DNA of 64,000 nucleotides from Botryllus schlosseri. Lineage: Eukaryota. This document shows positions 35,691 through 49,282 of this stretch, piece after piece. The translations under genes were made by a program, and so were the position numbers. The notes beneath the pieces were generated by a model that saw only the letters and a list, made by a program, of their open reading frames with translations, ran no database searches and was not told the DNA's origin. How positions within the stretch are numbered: the stretch's first letter is position 1; the number at the start of each line of letters is the position of its first letter. The stretch is from positions 7,008,001 to 7,072,000 of the forward strand of contig CM119371.1 of NCBI GenBank assembly GCA_051294905.1. Reading direction: 5' to 3'.

Positions 35691-38565
35691 AGTTGCCCGC
35701 CCCGGTTCTGAATGTTCACGGATAATAATCAGGTCGACAACTTGCTAGATTCCTATTTCATGTTTTCAATACAGTTTACTATTACAAACAGTAGATAAGT
35801 AACAAACCCAATTGTGTCCGATTCATTTCGCAGAAAATGATAAGAATTTATTCTTACGCAGTTGTAAGCAACAGATAGGACAAAGGCAGAGGAAAATGTC
35901 AAACTAGCTGTAGTAACTAGAGTGAAATAATCAAGATTTTTGTACAATAATCTGTACATAGTAAATGTTAGAATGTGTAATCTAAATTGCTGTTTTTCCT
36001 AAGTCAAGAAAGAGTCTATATTTTGGCTTTGAGAATATCTGCGAAACGCAATGCTTCTTGCCCTTTTCAAAGCTGTGGCTCCATTTCCATTTTGCAAATA
36101 TGCTATGACCCACCACTAGGCCTCATCCTCAATATTCTTTCAAGCGGCGGCAATACGGCAGTTGATATCAACTCATAGTTCGTTCTCATGAGCACAAGAA
36201 TGGCAAATGTATGTGTTGCAAGCTTGGCTCGTTTTGAACTGTACAGTTCTTCTGTAGCGAAATCTATCCAGTCGTCCAAGCCTGTCTGGAACGTATCTGC
36301 CTTTTTGGGTCAATTGTTTGATTTGGGGGTCCGACTTGGATTGTTGCTTGGGGCCTACAGCGGGCTTCACCTGGTCACTAGATGTCGACAGAGTGAAGGA
36401 GGCGCTTTTCGTAATGAGTTCTCCCACGTCAAATTTGAAATTTTGTTGGTGTCTGATTCCGTCGTCGTGACAACCTGTGACCCAGGAAGAGGGTCTGGGG
36501 TTTGAATTTGACGAATTCTTTGTTTGATTGAGCCGCCAAATTCTTACTCGCTTCGGAATGTCGCGCAGGACTGGGACGGTTCACGTCCTATTCGACCTGC
36601 AAAAATAGTAGGGGGTCAGTCATTATTAGCATTGGAATCAAGGGATTTTGAGGTATATTTTTCATTGCGATCCCAGGACTGACTCTTTTGTAATCCCGGT
36701 ATTCCGAGGAAGCATCTATCAAAGCTAAAGCAGCGCTTGCTTTGTAATTAAAGCAGCGTTGCAATATCAGAGGACTGTCTTAAAAACTATATATTGCCGT
36801 GACAATAATACCAACTATGGTGAAACAATAAACGAAAACCAGTTGCCAGTTGTCTTCAATCTTTTTTCGTAATGGTACACCATTTTAAAGGTCACTCAAA
36901 ACTTGTACATCCCAGTTCACATATTACATCTAATCTGTAGTAATCCTAATCGGAAGAGGTATGAGTAAAGCTGCAATCAACAGGAAATGCTAATGCTAAA
37001 AACTAATGAGCGTTCGAGATTACCAGATCAGGATCTAACAGTGAATTTCAACGGCGGTCTACGAAAAATTTTCAGGAAACCGGAAACCGGAAAGCGAGGG
37101 TAGATCATGTGAACCAATTTTCTTCTGACTGCTTAAATTTCATGGTTTACATCAGTCGAATGACCGTTTCATACTTATATCAAACGGCACCAGCTCATTT
37201 TAATTACCTGCAAACCTTTAGTCCATGGGTAGAACTATTGTTACAAACATTTTGCTGTTTGGAGCTGTTGAGGTTTGTGTAAAAACTGCAAATTTGGAAT
37301 AGAGAAGTCAAACAGAGTAATCATAATCAGAAACCGCTTAAATGATGATATTCTCAGTGATCTCATGACTTTGAGTCTGTAATTAATGTAGCTTGCAAGA
37401 GTAAATAACTACGTCGCTAGTCTCAGGGTTAGGGAGTAAAAATCGCAATCGCGGGATTCAAATTGTAATCCCGAAAACCCAACCCTAGTGTGCAACAACC
37501 CAAAAAAACTCACCTTCTTCCGTGTGTACCTCACTTATTTTTGTGTCCATAATAAAAGAAAGTTTGCACGGATGATAGGAATCTCAACTTGTAAATTTCG
37601 AAGTACTTTAAGAACATTCGTCTAGTTCTACAACTACCTCATGTGGTTTATTTTTCTACTCTTACATTTCTACTGAACAGATTTTTAGGACAAGCTAGTT
37701 GCTTGTTACACGCCCAGCAAACACAGAATATATTGCAGATATATTTTGTATATGACTCAACTACTTCAAAATATATCTAGTCATATGTACTGTTTATATA
37801 AATCTGTCGACACATTTGCACATATATAGGACATCTTCAAAGATACCTGTATGACATTGTCATGATATCTTGCTTGACCCTAGATGAACCCTGACCCTAG
37901 GTGACCCCTGAACCTGGTTGGGTACCTGGACCTGCCACATCCTGCACTGCCCTTATGAATGAAGACTGACTGATGATTTTACAAATCATGCATGGCTTGT
38001 TCGTGTATTAAATCAGCACAGAACTGCGCAATCACTTCAGCAAATATTGCTGCCTAAGCATAAGTTCGAAATCGTTGTCGGAATTGTCAGACTCTGTGAT
38101 GACAGCCTTGCTCCTGTTATCTTCTTTATCGCCACCCTATAACATAAATGAGTAAATTACTACAATTGATTATTATCACTGTAGAACAGAAGTCGTTATG
38201 TGTTTGGTTGTGGGTAAAATGGGATGGTGATCTGAGTTACATTAACCAAAAGACCTCAAGCCCTCTTTCAAAAGCGACATGACCTTTACTTTATCACTGA
38301 AGATATAATTAACGCAGTTACGCTTTCAAGATGAGAAACCAGAACCTGTTCAAGTTCAATAATGCCTGTCATTATAGAGAAGATTTTCATGCTATTGGCG
38401 TCATGAAGACGTGCTGCTGGGAACGGATTTCAAAACCTATCGTTTGGGCACGGGGTGAAGATTGTTCTTTACATTATCATTTTAATATTAATATGGTAAT
38501 AGTTGCCTGTGAGAGGCTGATGTGATAATGATCGCTCATTCCATGTACGGCATAGTAAATATATG

Positions 38566-38859
38566 CAGTGGTTCGCAAACTGGGGTCTGCGAGACAATTT
38601 TTATGACTGCGAAGTACCTTCCAAAAATTCACACGATCCAGAAATTTTCGAATATTTTAATTCCCAGAGTATAAAATTTTTTAGACAGGTTATTGTCTGA
38701 ACCAAAATCGAAGTTGCTTAAAATTATTTTGTAAATCAACATGAAGTAGAGTTATTCAAATTAAATTTTATTCTCCCCGTGTGAGACAAATGCGACCCGC
38801 GGAGGGAAATTGTCAAAGGCCTGTCTCGTAAATTTTCTCGTGAAGTTTGGGGACCACTG
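38566..38859. mobile_element. Old hAT MITE nested in the EnSpm-like element
   Basis: CAGTGGTTCGCAAACT / AGTTTGGGGACCACTG termini; TSD eroded. Confidence 0.65.
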
Positions 38860-38971
38860 ATATACAATGTACTGAAGATGAGCGGTAAGAACAATTCACT
38901 TACAGTCCACTCATATCATAAAAGACACAACTGTCACACCACCCAATCATCAAACTTAATAACAAAATTAC

Positions 38972-39428
38972 CTTGCAAGATCCAGCAACAGTTAGAGATC
39001 TTGCAACCTGATCTATAGTTCTTTTATCTAGGATCTCGAGGTCAGGATGAGCCGATCTGCATGCTTCTAAAAAGAGATATAATTAGATGAAGATATCCAC
39101 TGTCCAGTCATGGTATATTATACATCAGCCATCAGACAACGAACAAAACTAGAGTACTAAAGTAGATAACTTTGCACATCAGTGACGTCAAACGATTAAA
39201 ATGTTGAAAAATCGAGGCTTTGGCTCAACTTTTTTTTACGTTGATTACGTTCAATTTCCGTCAATAACCGTTGATAACTTACGTCTAATAGTCTTTTCAA
39301 GTGTCACTCTTGCTTTTTTGACCCTTAAGACTAGGATTTCCATATACCTTCTTTACAGCTATGCTGGTCATCATATTTTCGACAGTTTCCGGCAATTGTA
39401 CACCCCGGAATCCCATTAAAGCGGCTAC
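38972..39428 (-). pseudogene. DUF4806-like domain remnant (2 exons)
   Basis: An exon starting at 39428 (VAALMGFRGVQLPETVENMMTSIAVKKVYGNPSLKGQKSK, then stops) can splice in phase 1 to 39066-38972 (EACRSAHPDLEILDKRTIDQVARSLTVAGSCK). Resemblance judged by eye. Confidence 0.5.
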
Positions 39429-41734
39429 CTGTAACAACATTATATTAGTGGTACACAATACAGATGGTACTGCCTTGCATCAATGGTTTGCACCAGAATT
39501 AACAATGACATTTATGGGCATTCTAGATAAAACCATCCACACCATAAATTTCATGGTCACGCTCATCAAAGGCTTGGTTGACTTTGCGATTTCGCAATAA
39601 ATCACATTGGCAATTCAATTTTGGATAATAGAACTAATTTCGAAAAGGACCCCTGCTGTGTCTGAAAATGATTCCTTGGTGTCGGCGGACACCCCTGATT
39701 TAGACTGTCAATCGCTTTGTTCGAATGAGAAACAAAAACATACCAGTTCAGACTTTGCCGTTGTTCAAAGGTGTTCCAGCTGTGACAAGGTTTCACAGGG
39801 ATCTTCAATTATATCTTTCAGCAAAATTGGGGCACTCGATTGAGGTCTTTTGGAGTAATTGCCGATATGATGTCTGAGGAAATCCATCATCTGGTTTTTC
39901 TGCAACTTTATGTCTTTGATGCACAAGCTAAAAAGGATTCGATTGCAAGGAAGTAGGATTGATCTTCATATGTGATAAACTTACCATTACTTTATGACAG
40001 GCCGCGTTGTTGATGGTCCAAATTCTGTAGTTCAGCGATGATTTCAAATGAAGGAGCATCTGAAAAACAGCGAGACTTTATTCTCAAATTCGAGAACGCA
40101 TCAAAGTGCTAGGAACTTACTGCAGGACTTAGATCTCTGGCCGTTACATTCAATGATGGGATTATGCCATTCTTGAACACTCTTTTCGCTAATGATGGCA
40201 AACTTGCATTGCGAGCATCATTGATATCACTCCTGCTTGCCAGAATCATAAGATGACCGCATTCTTGAAATTGGCATGTCTTGTATCTGAATACTTGGAT
40301 TACGTTTCTTCCTTGCAGGAAAAACATCATCTACAAATTATAAACGTTTTACATATATATATACCATATTGCACAGAATAAAAGGGTATACCTTGACCAT
40401 CAGTTGACGCCGAACAATTCAAAAATTGTTTGTTCCGCTGACGTTTTCGTTTTGGCCGCTGCGCTTCATTTTCAGTCCAGACAATGACTAAGATGTGGGC
40501 AAGCCACTACTCTCCGCAACTTTTATTATATCACTAAAAGCTACCTTCCATACATCTAAAACAGATGAATAATGTAGATGGCAAGGTAGGCCCACTTGGA
40601 AAACAGTACGCTAATCTGAGTTTATAACTTACTGGATGAGCATTTCATCTGTATCTTTTATACAGAGACCAATTGCGATTATCATATTATGGTTGCTTTT
40701 TGTTCTTGGCCTTACCGTGCTATTTGCATTCTTACGCAACCACCAGCCATGCAATACTATTATAGATACAAACAATTTCGCACAATTTACAATTCATAAG
40801 ATATAAGCTATGGAATCAATGAGATCAATTCTACATCGGTTTTCCAGCTTTTATGTATTACAGCAACAGCAACCAGTTGTTCTTGTTCAACAAAAAGCAC
40901 AACAGCAAATGATTGCTCGATTTATTGATCGACTAATACCCACCTATATTCATTTGCAGCAAATCCTTAAAGTAAGGTTTGAGTAAGTTGATATCCAGAA
41001 AATGTGCTCATGATAAGCCGCACGAGTTCTATAGTTTATTAGTTGATCTGAAATGAATCACAGAATTATATTCAGACATAGCCGCCTAGTTATGATGTGG
41101 ACATCACATTACCAGAAAGACTAGACTAGTTCTTCTATGAAGTTATATCGTATTACCTCAAGTCCTTAACTATGATTATATAAGAAGCATATATAAATTA
41201 CCTTGCACAGTGCAGTTTTCGGTATTCTTCTATAGAAATATGCTTGGATTAGCGTCAATTAACTGCGATTTCCCTGAATGCTACTAAAACCAAAACGACA
41301 ACGATATCTGCACTGCAAGCCGCCATTATCAGAGCGCTTCTGTCTTTCGTCTGGCGGTTTGAAACCTGCGCGCCGAAACGGGTGTTCGCGTGAGGAGAAA
41401 GTGCCTAAGCCAGTGAGTCACTCGGCTACGACGGCTAGACGGCTACACTACGGAGTACGGATGAGCAGCCGGATGGTTTTCAGCGTAGCCGGAGTAGATC
41501 CGGATTCTGAATTTGCTTTGATAGTCGGATTGTAGCAGGATTTTTCTATTGAACTATCAAATAGTATAGCATTATTTTGGCAGCAGTTTTTCAGATTACC
41601 CAGAATTCATAAGACTTTCAAATTGCCGCCTGAAGCCGTAATGGATTCGGATTCCAAAATTTGGGATGGCCAAGAATCAAAATATCTGCAAAATCACGCG
41701 AAAGCGGCGTGTGACAAAAGGAAAAACATTCGAT

Positions 41735-41766
41735 CATAGCAATTTACAACGATGTAAATTGCTATG
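41735..41766. mobile_element. 32-bp palindromic remnant with 7-bp TSD (probable P-superfamily excision footprint)
   Basis: ATTCGAT|CATAGCAATTTACAAC GATGTAAATTGCTATG|ATTCGAT. Confidence 0.65.
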
Positions 41767-44306
41767 ATTCGATAGTGGCAATTATGGTGACATATCACCC
41801 CATAAGAGTAAGACATCAATAAAATTGATAGTATAGATAAATTATACCATAAAATGAAACAATAATCGAATTTGATTCATCACAAATATATTTCCGGCAT
41901 TTTGACGAAATTTGTTGGATAAGAAAAAGATGTACTCAAGATACGTTTCCGTACAAGATATGCACAAACACAATTTTGAGATAATTAGGATAACAAAAAG
42001 ATATCCGAACATGTCCGAAATATATCTCGTGTTTGCTTTGGATTTTGCAAAGTGGAAACCAGTTTTGTGATACTTGCAATCCTTACTCGAGTGGTAACGA
42101 TTTCAAACTACTTCCATCACATTTTTCTTCGGCAAACTAGGCCTACAATACCTTACTTTTTCACTTATTGGAAATTTATACTTCTACACGCACTTAAGCA
42201 TAAATTCACAACACTACTTTTCCTTTTATTTGAGTAGCAATGATGGACACTTTGACATGTGATCCTGAAACAGCGATGTCGGTTCCTAACCCCAACCTTC
42301 ACCTACCTTTTTACATCGGGATCAACTGACTCTCCCTGTAGGAACCCGAACCAACTGTGGGACCTGGGGAACTATCTTTCGGATCACCCCCAGCTAGTAG
42401 GACGACCTTTGACCAATTTGGTGCCGTGCCAGAAATCCATCCTGTACGACGACGACGCTGGAATAAAAGAGGGTCATTTATTTTTAGCAACATGAAGCAA
42501 ATTGCAACACTGACTCGATTACAATCATAATTGTAAATACACAGTGTCTCCTAAATTAGATTAGAATTAGAGTAGAGTGATAGCTATACATTTTTTTCAA
42601 CTGAAATTAGAATACGACCGAATTTACTGGAAATCAGTGCGCAATATTCATTGCATGATTTATTCGGTAACTCGGAAAGAGTAAATGCTGGATGTAGGCA
42701 TAGGTAGAGTGTAAATAGCTGGTGACCTGGTGTGGCAATGGGAAGGATAGCACAATCGTGTGGAAATCCATTCGATATTCATTGATTCATTTAACACTGA
42801 TATTGTTATCATTGTGAACAGAATGTTTGCCATATATTTGTAACACCATTGCCAATTCTGGATATGTTTCAATTACAATATTTCACAGAAACTCACCAGT
42901 AGTCATTACGATTCCCGAAAATCTTGATATCGAGATTTTGTCTTTTGGCAGTGGTCTGAAAAAAAATCTAATTAATATGCATCAGGAAAAATAAGACTAG
43001 CACTGCTACTTGAAAGTCATGTGGACAAAAGAACAGTAAATTATTATTAAAAACTTTTCACTAGTCCCCTTGGACTGAACAGAGCACAAAAATGTGAAAA
43101 ATCCTCTCTTAACACATAGCCTCTTATATTATATTGCCTTTTATGTACAGCGCCCTAGTGTAGTAATGATATGCTGATATATTCGGCGCTCTATAAATTA
43201 TTATATTATTATTATTATAGAAAATCTGTTACTGTGCACAGGGGCGCGTTTCAGTCCGATTTACTCATTTATCTTCATGGCATCAAATAGACGTTGTCGT
43301 GTGCGTTACTACCATTTACATAGGTTTGCTTGGTCATAACACTTTGCCCAGAGTCAATGGAATTGCCCATCTCACAGAAGAGGTCAACCAAAATCGCCCA
43401 TAAATGATACAGAATAGGCCTGGTGCATGAATGCATGCTTATAAACAAGTTTTCAAGGAGAGCGTGCGGTAAACGCGAGGATTCGTTAATTAGCAAGAAG
43501 CCATTGAACAGATTTGTATCATTTTCTCAAGTGAAATTAGTTGCGCTTACTATAGTGATAAAGAATATCATTTAAAAACTCCCAACTATATTTGCATCGC
43601 TATTATTCATTATGCATTAATTGTAAATATTATTCATGCTATCGCTGGTAATTGGCTAACAAAGCCTGTGACGCAACTTTGTAAAGTTACTTACTCTGGT
43701 TCTTTACTGATCTTGCTCCTTGACTTTTACTTCAAGTAGTTTCGACAGCTCTTGTGAATTTTTATTTTACGTTTCATTGAATATATATTCTGTGGATGAC
43801 TTCATCTTGAACTGATGAGTTAGCGCAATGATGGAATGTCGGATTCTCGATCGGTAGGCAGAGGTTGTCAATGTAGTCTGCGTGACTACTCTACTAAAAG
43901 TAAAAGTAATATTGTAGATTGCCATTGTAGATATCCATATTGAATAAGCAACTAAATGTATGACGGGCTGTATCAACTAGAATTGCAAGCAGTATTATGC
44001 ACTGTCGTACAAGTAATGAAGCATATCTCCACAAAATTATTGGTTACTATTGCTATTTCATTCATAAAATGGTACAAATCTACAGAAACTAGTTTCCACA
44101 AGACAAAATTTGAAAAACTGGAGCAACGAAGTTCTTCCGCTTTGAAACAAAATATGAACAATTTTCAAGGCAGTTATGATGGATTGAAAATGAAATTAAT
44201 CGGAAATTGTAATTGTGGGCGACTTTATTTCATTCATGTCTCAGCTGCAGACTTGTACAAACTACAACGGTAATCTAGTTATTTGATAGTCATTCTGAAG
44301 CATGTA

Positions 44307-45152
44307 TTAGGCTTCGAGTCGAGTAGGGTATCCGAGTATCAGTCATTATGACGCCATAACAGAATGTAATGCGTCAAAGTTCAAATATGTACCTTTTATG
44401 CCACGACAAAGAATATAATGACTGTTATCCATCACATTAAAGATACTTTGGTCTTTTTTCGACCATACCGATTTCATTGCACTTGGAGACAATGTTGTGG
44501 GATAACCATGACTTTGGAAATGTGCCGCGTCCAGTAACCTTCGTAGATTTTGTACTGTATGTATTGCATGCTACGATACCGTCCATAAAGGTTCCAAGGC
44601 TTCAACAGTGAAATTAGGTATCGGCATTATAATTCTTGTTCATAAATTAACTTTCAGTGGCGAGAAGCGTATCATTTCAGTATTCGAAAAAATCCTCTGT
44701 TGCTACTCGACTCGAATCATTAAATTTAATACTCGATTCAGATTCGAGTACTCCAAAGCAGTGTTGGGATCAAGTCACTACCTTCGAGTCACGAGTCATT
44801 TCGAGTCATTGCACATTTTGACTCGAGTCAAGTCAAGTCAATCGATCTTCGAAGATGACTCGAGTCAAGTCAAGTCACTCGATTTTTGTAGGTGACTCGA
44901 GTCAAGTCGAGTCAAGTCAAGTCAAGTCACGAGTCAAGTCACAATTCAAGTCAAGTTGCCTTTTCGAAGTATGTGCCATGATTACGTCATTACATTTTCT
45001 AGATGTCTAAAATACAGATTGAGTGGTCATTGATTCTAAACCGATGAACGAATATAGAGTTGAATATACACCCAATAAAACGTTGTCTCACTCACATTAC
45101 GTGCGAGTCATTCCAACACTGCTCCAAAGTCCAATCATTGTGCCCAGCCCTA
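44307..45152. mobile_element. TAGGGCTGGGC-family hAT MITE (inverted, one end eroded) carrying a nested MITE
   Basis: Reverse-complement similarity to 7203-7717; ends TGCCCAGCCCTA. A more decayed tandem copy follows at ~45153-45570. Confidence 0.7.
44759..45121. mobile_element. hAT MITE with GAGTC/AAGTC subrepeats
   Basis: CAGTGTTGG / CCAACACTG termini. Perfect 8-bp TSD CTCCAAAG at 44751-44758 and 45122-45129. Related fragments at ~54760-54881 and ~63520-63965. Confidence 0.9.
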
Positions 45153-46329
45153 ATTATGACGCCATGAGTGTATAAAAAACGTTAAAGTACATAGATGTAT
45201 CTTTTATGCTGTGACAAATAATATAATGGCGGTTTCACGTCACGTTAAAGATAAATTGGCATATTTTCCAACCATGTTTATTTCATTGCACTTTGTGACA
45301 ATGCTGTGGGTTGATCACGTCTTCACATAAATATTTCATTTCCATTAAAGTGTGTAATTTTGTACTACATGTTTCGTATGCTACGATACGACCAATCTAG
45401 GTTTCTGGGCTGCCACAGTGAGAAATAGTTTTGACATTACAATTCTTGTTGATAAATAACCTGTTAGTGGCTAGAAGAGTATGTATGTAAGCCTATATCA
45501 GTATTCGAAAAATCATCTTCCCACCACTCGACTCCGATAATTAGGATTAATACTCAATTCATTGTGCCCGTATGTACCCAGCGCTACATTTTACGCATTT
45601 GGAAATCGATACTTGTATTTATACCCGAGTAGAGATTTACGACATTAGTTATCATTTTGAGTACCAACGATAAATACTTAGACATATCTGCTCCTGAAAC
45701 AGCGATGTCGAATCACCCCCAACCCCAACCTTCACCAACATTCGTCACCCACCTTTTTACATCGGGATCAACCGGCTTTTCCTACAGGCACCCAAACCAA
45801 CGGTGGGACCTGGGGCACTTTCTGGCGGATCACTCCCGCTGCTGGGCTGATCCTTGGCCAATTTGGTGCTGCGTCAGAAGTCCATCATGAACGAGAGGGA
45901 CACTGGAATAAAAGGGGGTCATTTTTGGGCAACACATAGCAAATTGTATCATAATTGTGACTAAACAGTTTTTTCCAAATTTTGATTAGAATTGCTTCTT
46001 GGAGGTACAGAGCCTCAGAGTAGGCCTACAATTGAATAGCATATTTACATTGAAACGGCTGCATTTCAATACGAATACACTATTCAATTCTAGCTACACT
46101 GTGTTTTTTTGAAATGAGATTAGAATTACAATTTTAGCTACAATTTTTCTCCAAATTAAATTAGAATTATTGAATTTGCGCAAACTTGGGCATGGAATGA
46201 CGTTTAGTTCATCAGAGTTCGTTCTCATGACCATGAGAATGACAAATGTTTGTCCAGTAAGCTTGACTCGTCTCGCACTATACAGTTCCCCTGTAGCATT
46301 TATAGGTATTGGATTAGATTACATTATAG

Positions 46330-47556
46330 CAGTGGTTCCCAACCGGTGTGCCGCGACACACTAGTGTGCCAATTGGACTGCTTAGGTGTGCCGCGAGCAA
46401 ATGTGGTAAACTATGTCGAAGTATAACAAAAATCTCAATTTTGAGTGTGTCATTGTTGGTTTTTGTATTGAATTTACCCGCTCAAGACCCGCGAAGCACA
46501 ATCCGATGCAATGAACAGATAGAAGGATGCCGAGGCGACCGTAGTTACGGTATCTCAATCTAGTATTTCAATCTGGCATCCCCATTAGGTCATGGATTGA
46601 GTCTTTCTCTGGACTTTTTATTGTAAAGACGCTCTGAGCACAGCAACGTATAGGGGCGGATAATCTAATAAATCTGCAGCGCTTTGTTACGTGCTACTGC
46701 ACTTCCATGAATCAAACTGGGGCCTCCACCGTCAATGGGTGTGATATGCTAGTTTGCCCACATAGTAGCATCAGTAGCATTTAGGACGGTGATAACTAAA
46801 CTCGGGTAATTGGACCGTGATATTGAGGTGTGGCCGAAGTGTTCGCCTTTTACTTGTCACCCCCATGACAACCGGAGGCAGAACAGGGACATGACGCATG
46901 TCGATGATGACCTTTTTATGCTTCTATTTGTAGTCGTATTCTTGCCATGTCTGTCATCGATGATCATTTTACACCATGCCGATATTACATATTTTGATTC
47001 CTGAGATGCCAACTTATAGCACGGCCCACTTTTTGTAAGACACTGCTTTTGCAGATCGTAGGACGAGTAGGAGCCTACATAAACCTCGAACACCTAGGAA
47101 GGCATTCTCACCATCGAGAAATGAACTCATTTGAAAGTGATGTTCACCTTTAAAAATTAGAATTGCCAACATTGCCATTCGCATCTCGATTGTTAGGTAG
47201 CGTGCCGGCACTGCAGTTAAAATGAAGGCTCAGTGCGCAATGTTATGTTGCAGGCGACAAATTCGAGAATTGAGAAGTAAAGTTGATCCAATTATATCAG
47301 TTATTACAAATTTCCCCTCCGCTGAGGTTTCTTATCCCGATTTGTTGGAACTACAATTGAACTGCGGATGGCTGCCAGTAAGACTATTGAGGTATACTAT
47401 CCTCACATGTGCTATTACACTATCTGCGTGGAAATGTGTTTGGTAGTTGCCTGTGCCGTATAAGCCAAAAGAGTTCGGAACCACTGTGCTAGTGTGCCGC
47501 GAACTATTTTAAATTTTCGAAGTGTGCCACGAGGTCAAAAAGGTTGGGAACCACTG
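46330..47556. mobile_element. Non-autonomous hAT (Charlie-like) element
   Basis: CAGTGGTTCCCAACC / GGTTGGGAACCACTG termini. TSD CATTATAG at 46322-46329 and 47557-47564. Confidence 0.92.
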
Positions 47557-48933
47557 CATTATAGCATGGGAAAATTACACAAATTAGATTAGAATTTGAG
47601 CAAAATCAGATTAGAATTAGATTACCGGCATTTTACTTTATTTATTCTAGAGGTGATCGCTAACGAGGTTCCGCAAAACGTTTGTAATTCTACGACCTGC
47701 GATATTTTCTGTTTCCTTCCTAATCGTGCAAAACGTCAATGTAGTGTCCGGCACAACCTATCCGCGTAGCATATCCTGTTATTAGCTACAGGCATTGTAA
47801 TACGAGAGAAGGCGTCATACCGCCACGTTTTCTAAGGGGAGCACTGGTGTGAAAATGAGGTCAAGAACCTCTCTGTTCTATAGCAATGGTGTCATTTGTA
47901 GGCTATCACACGATACCTAGGCGCTGAAGTCTAATTTTCTGAAGTTATGCTCCGATCGATGACGTCACAGAATTATGACGTCATAATATACGCCAGAATT
48001 GACAAATGAGACGAATCGCAAGCAGTCAATATCCCCTGTCGCTTGTATATAGTGACAAAATTAAGATAATATTAAGCAGGCGCAGCCAGCCGGTTGCTGA
48101 ATTGATTTCAAATTTACCAAGGTAGCATCAGTTCATTATGGTTAAGTACATGCACTGATACATCGATCAGATCGGCTTCCTTTGCACGTATGATATATAT
48201 ATATATATATATAGTTATACACTTCACATCTCACGTTCTCATGAGATTGCTTGCGAGTCAGACTGTGCACTGTGCAGTCAATTAGTAAGATCACGATTTC
48301 CCGTAAAAAACACACACAACATACTCGTCGACACGCGCGTCGACAACCCTACCTCGAGAACAAACGAATACGCATCTTCAGCGAAGGCTAATAAACATAA
48401 GTCACAGGAATTATTTTCTCAAATGCCAAGTCTGTTCTGGATTCTCTTCAGCAATTGTCAATAGTTTCAGAGGAGTCAGAACTTTTGATATCCAGAGCCT
48501 GCCACCATTTTTTGATCGTTGTTTTTGTTTTGTTTTTATGGTATTCATAGTGTTTGTCGACGACTATGGTCATTTACACCAGGCCGATATTCTTCATTTA
48601 TATTCCGTAACTGCCGACTTATAGCACGGCCCACCTCTAGGCTTTTTGTAAGACACCGCTTACGCGGATGAGGTGGCGAGGAGGAGCCTAGGTAAACCTC
48701 CAACACTTAAGCATCAGAATTCTGAAGTCGACCTCGGCAGGACTCTTACCCGCACCCGTTCAATGTCTGAGCAAGTTGTCGTCATAATCACAGCAGACGC
48801 GTCAGTCCTGGTCGGCGCACCAGATATCATATTTGGACACAGCGGAAGATGACAATCGATCGTTGCATTTCGCGTCGATGGAAATTGACATCTTTGCTAT
48901 CGAGATCTCGGTCTTGTTGCGCTGTGCATAGGC

Positions 48934-49282
48934 CAGTGGTTCCCAACGTGGGCGATTTGGCGGCGTAGGGGGGCGAAAATGGACAAAGGGGGCGACAGGG
49001 GGCGAAAATGACGAAGTGGGCGATAGGGGGGCGATGACGCGTTGAAACGGCTATATTGGAGTCAAGTCGGAGAAATGACCTTTTTTTTAGTCAAGCCACG
49101 GAAATTTGGTTGCAAAAGTGTAAAATTCGAAAACGAGCCGGAAAGTTGACCTTTTTTTTCTATTCAACCCGCCGATGATTACAGATTGTATACCGGATTT
49201 TCGGTTCACAAAATCTGGGGGGCGATGATCGGCGTTGAGCTTGAAAAGGGGGCGATGAGTCGAAAAAGGTTGGGAACCACTG
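48934..49282. mobile_element. hAT MITE (GGGGCGA family)
   Basis: TIRs plus TSD GCATAGGC at 48926-48933 and 49283-49290. Confidence 0.92.

Larger units (their letters stand above)
37713..42038 (-). mobile_element. Degenerate EnSpm/CACTA-like element (CCCAGCAAACAC termini)
   Basis: Left end CCCAGCAAACACAGAATATATT; eroded right end AATATATCTCGTGTTTGCT. Absent at the paralogous site ~14610-14640. Decayed exons inside. Confidence 0.65.
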
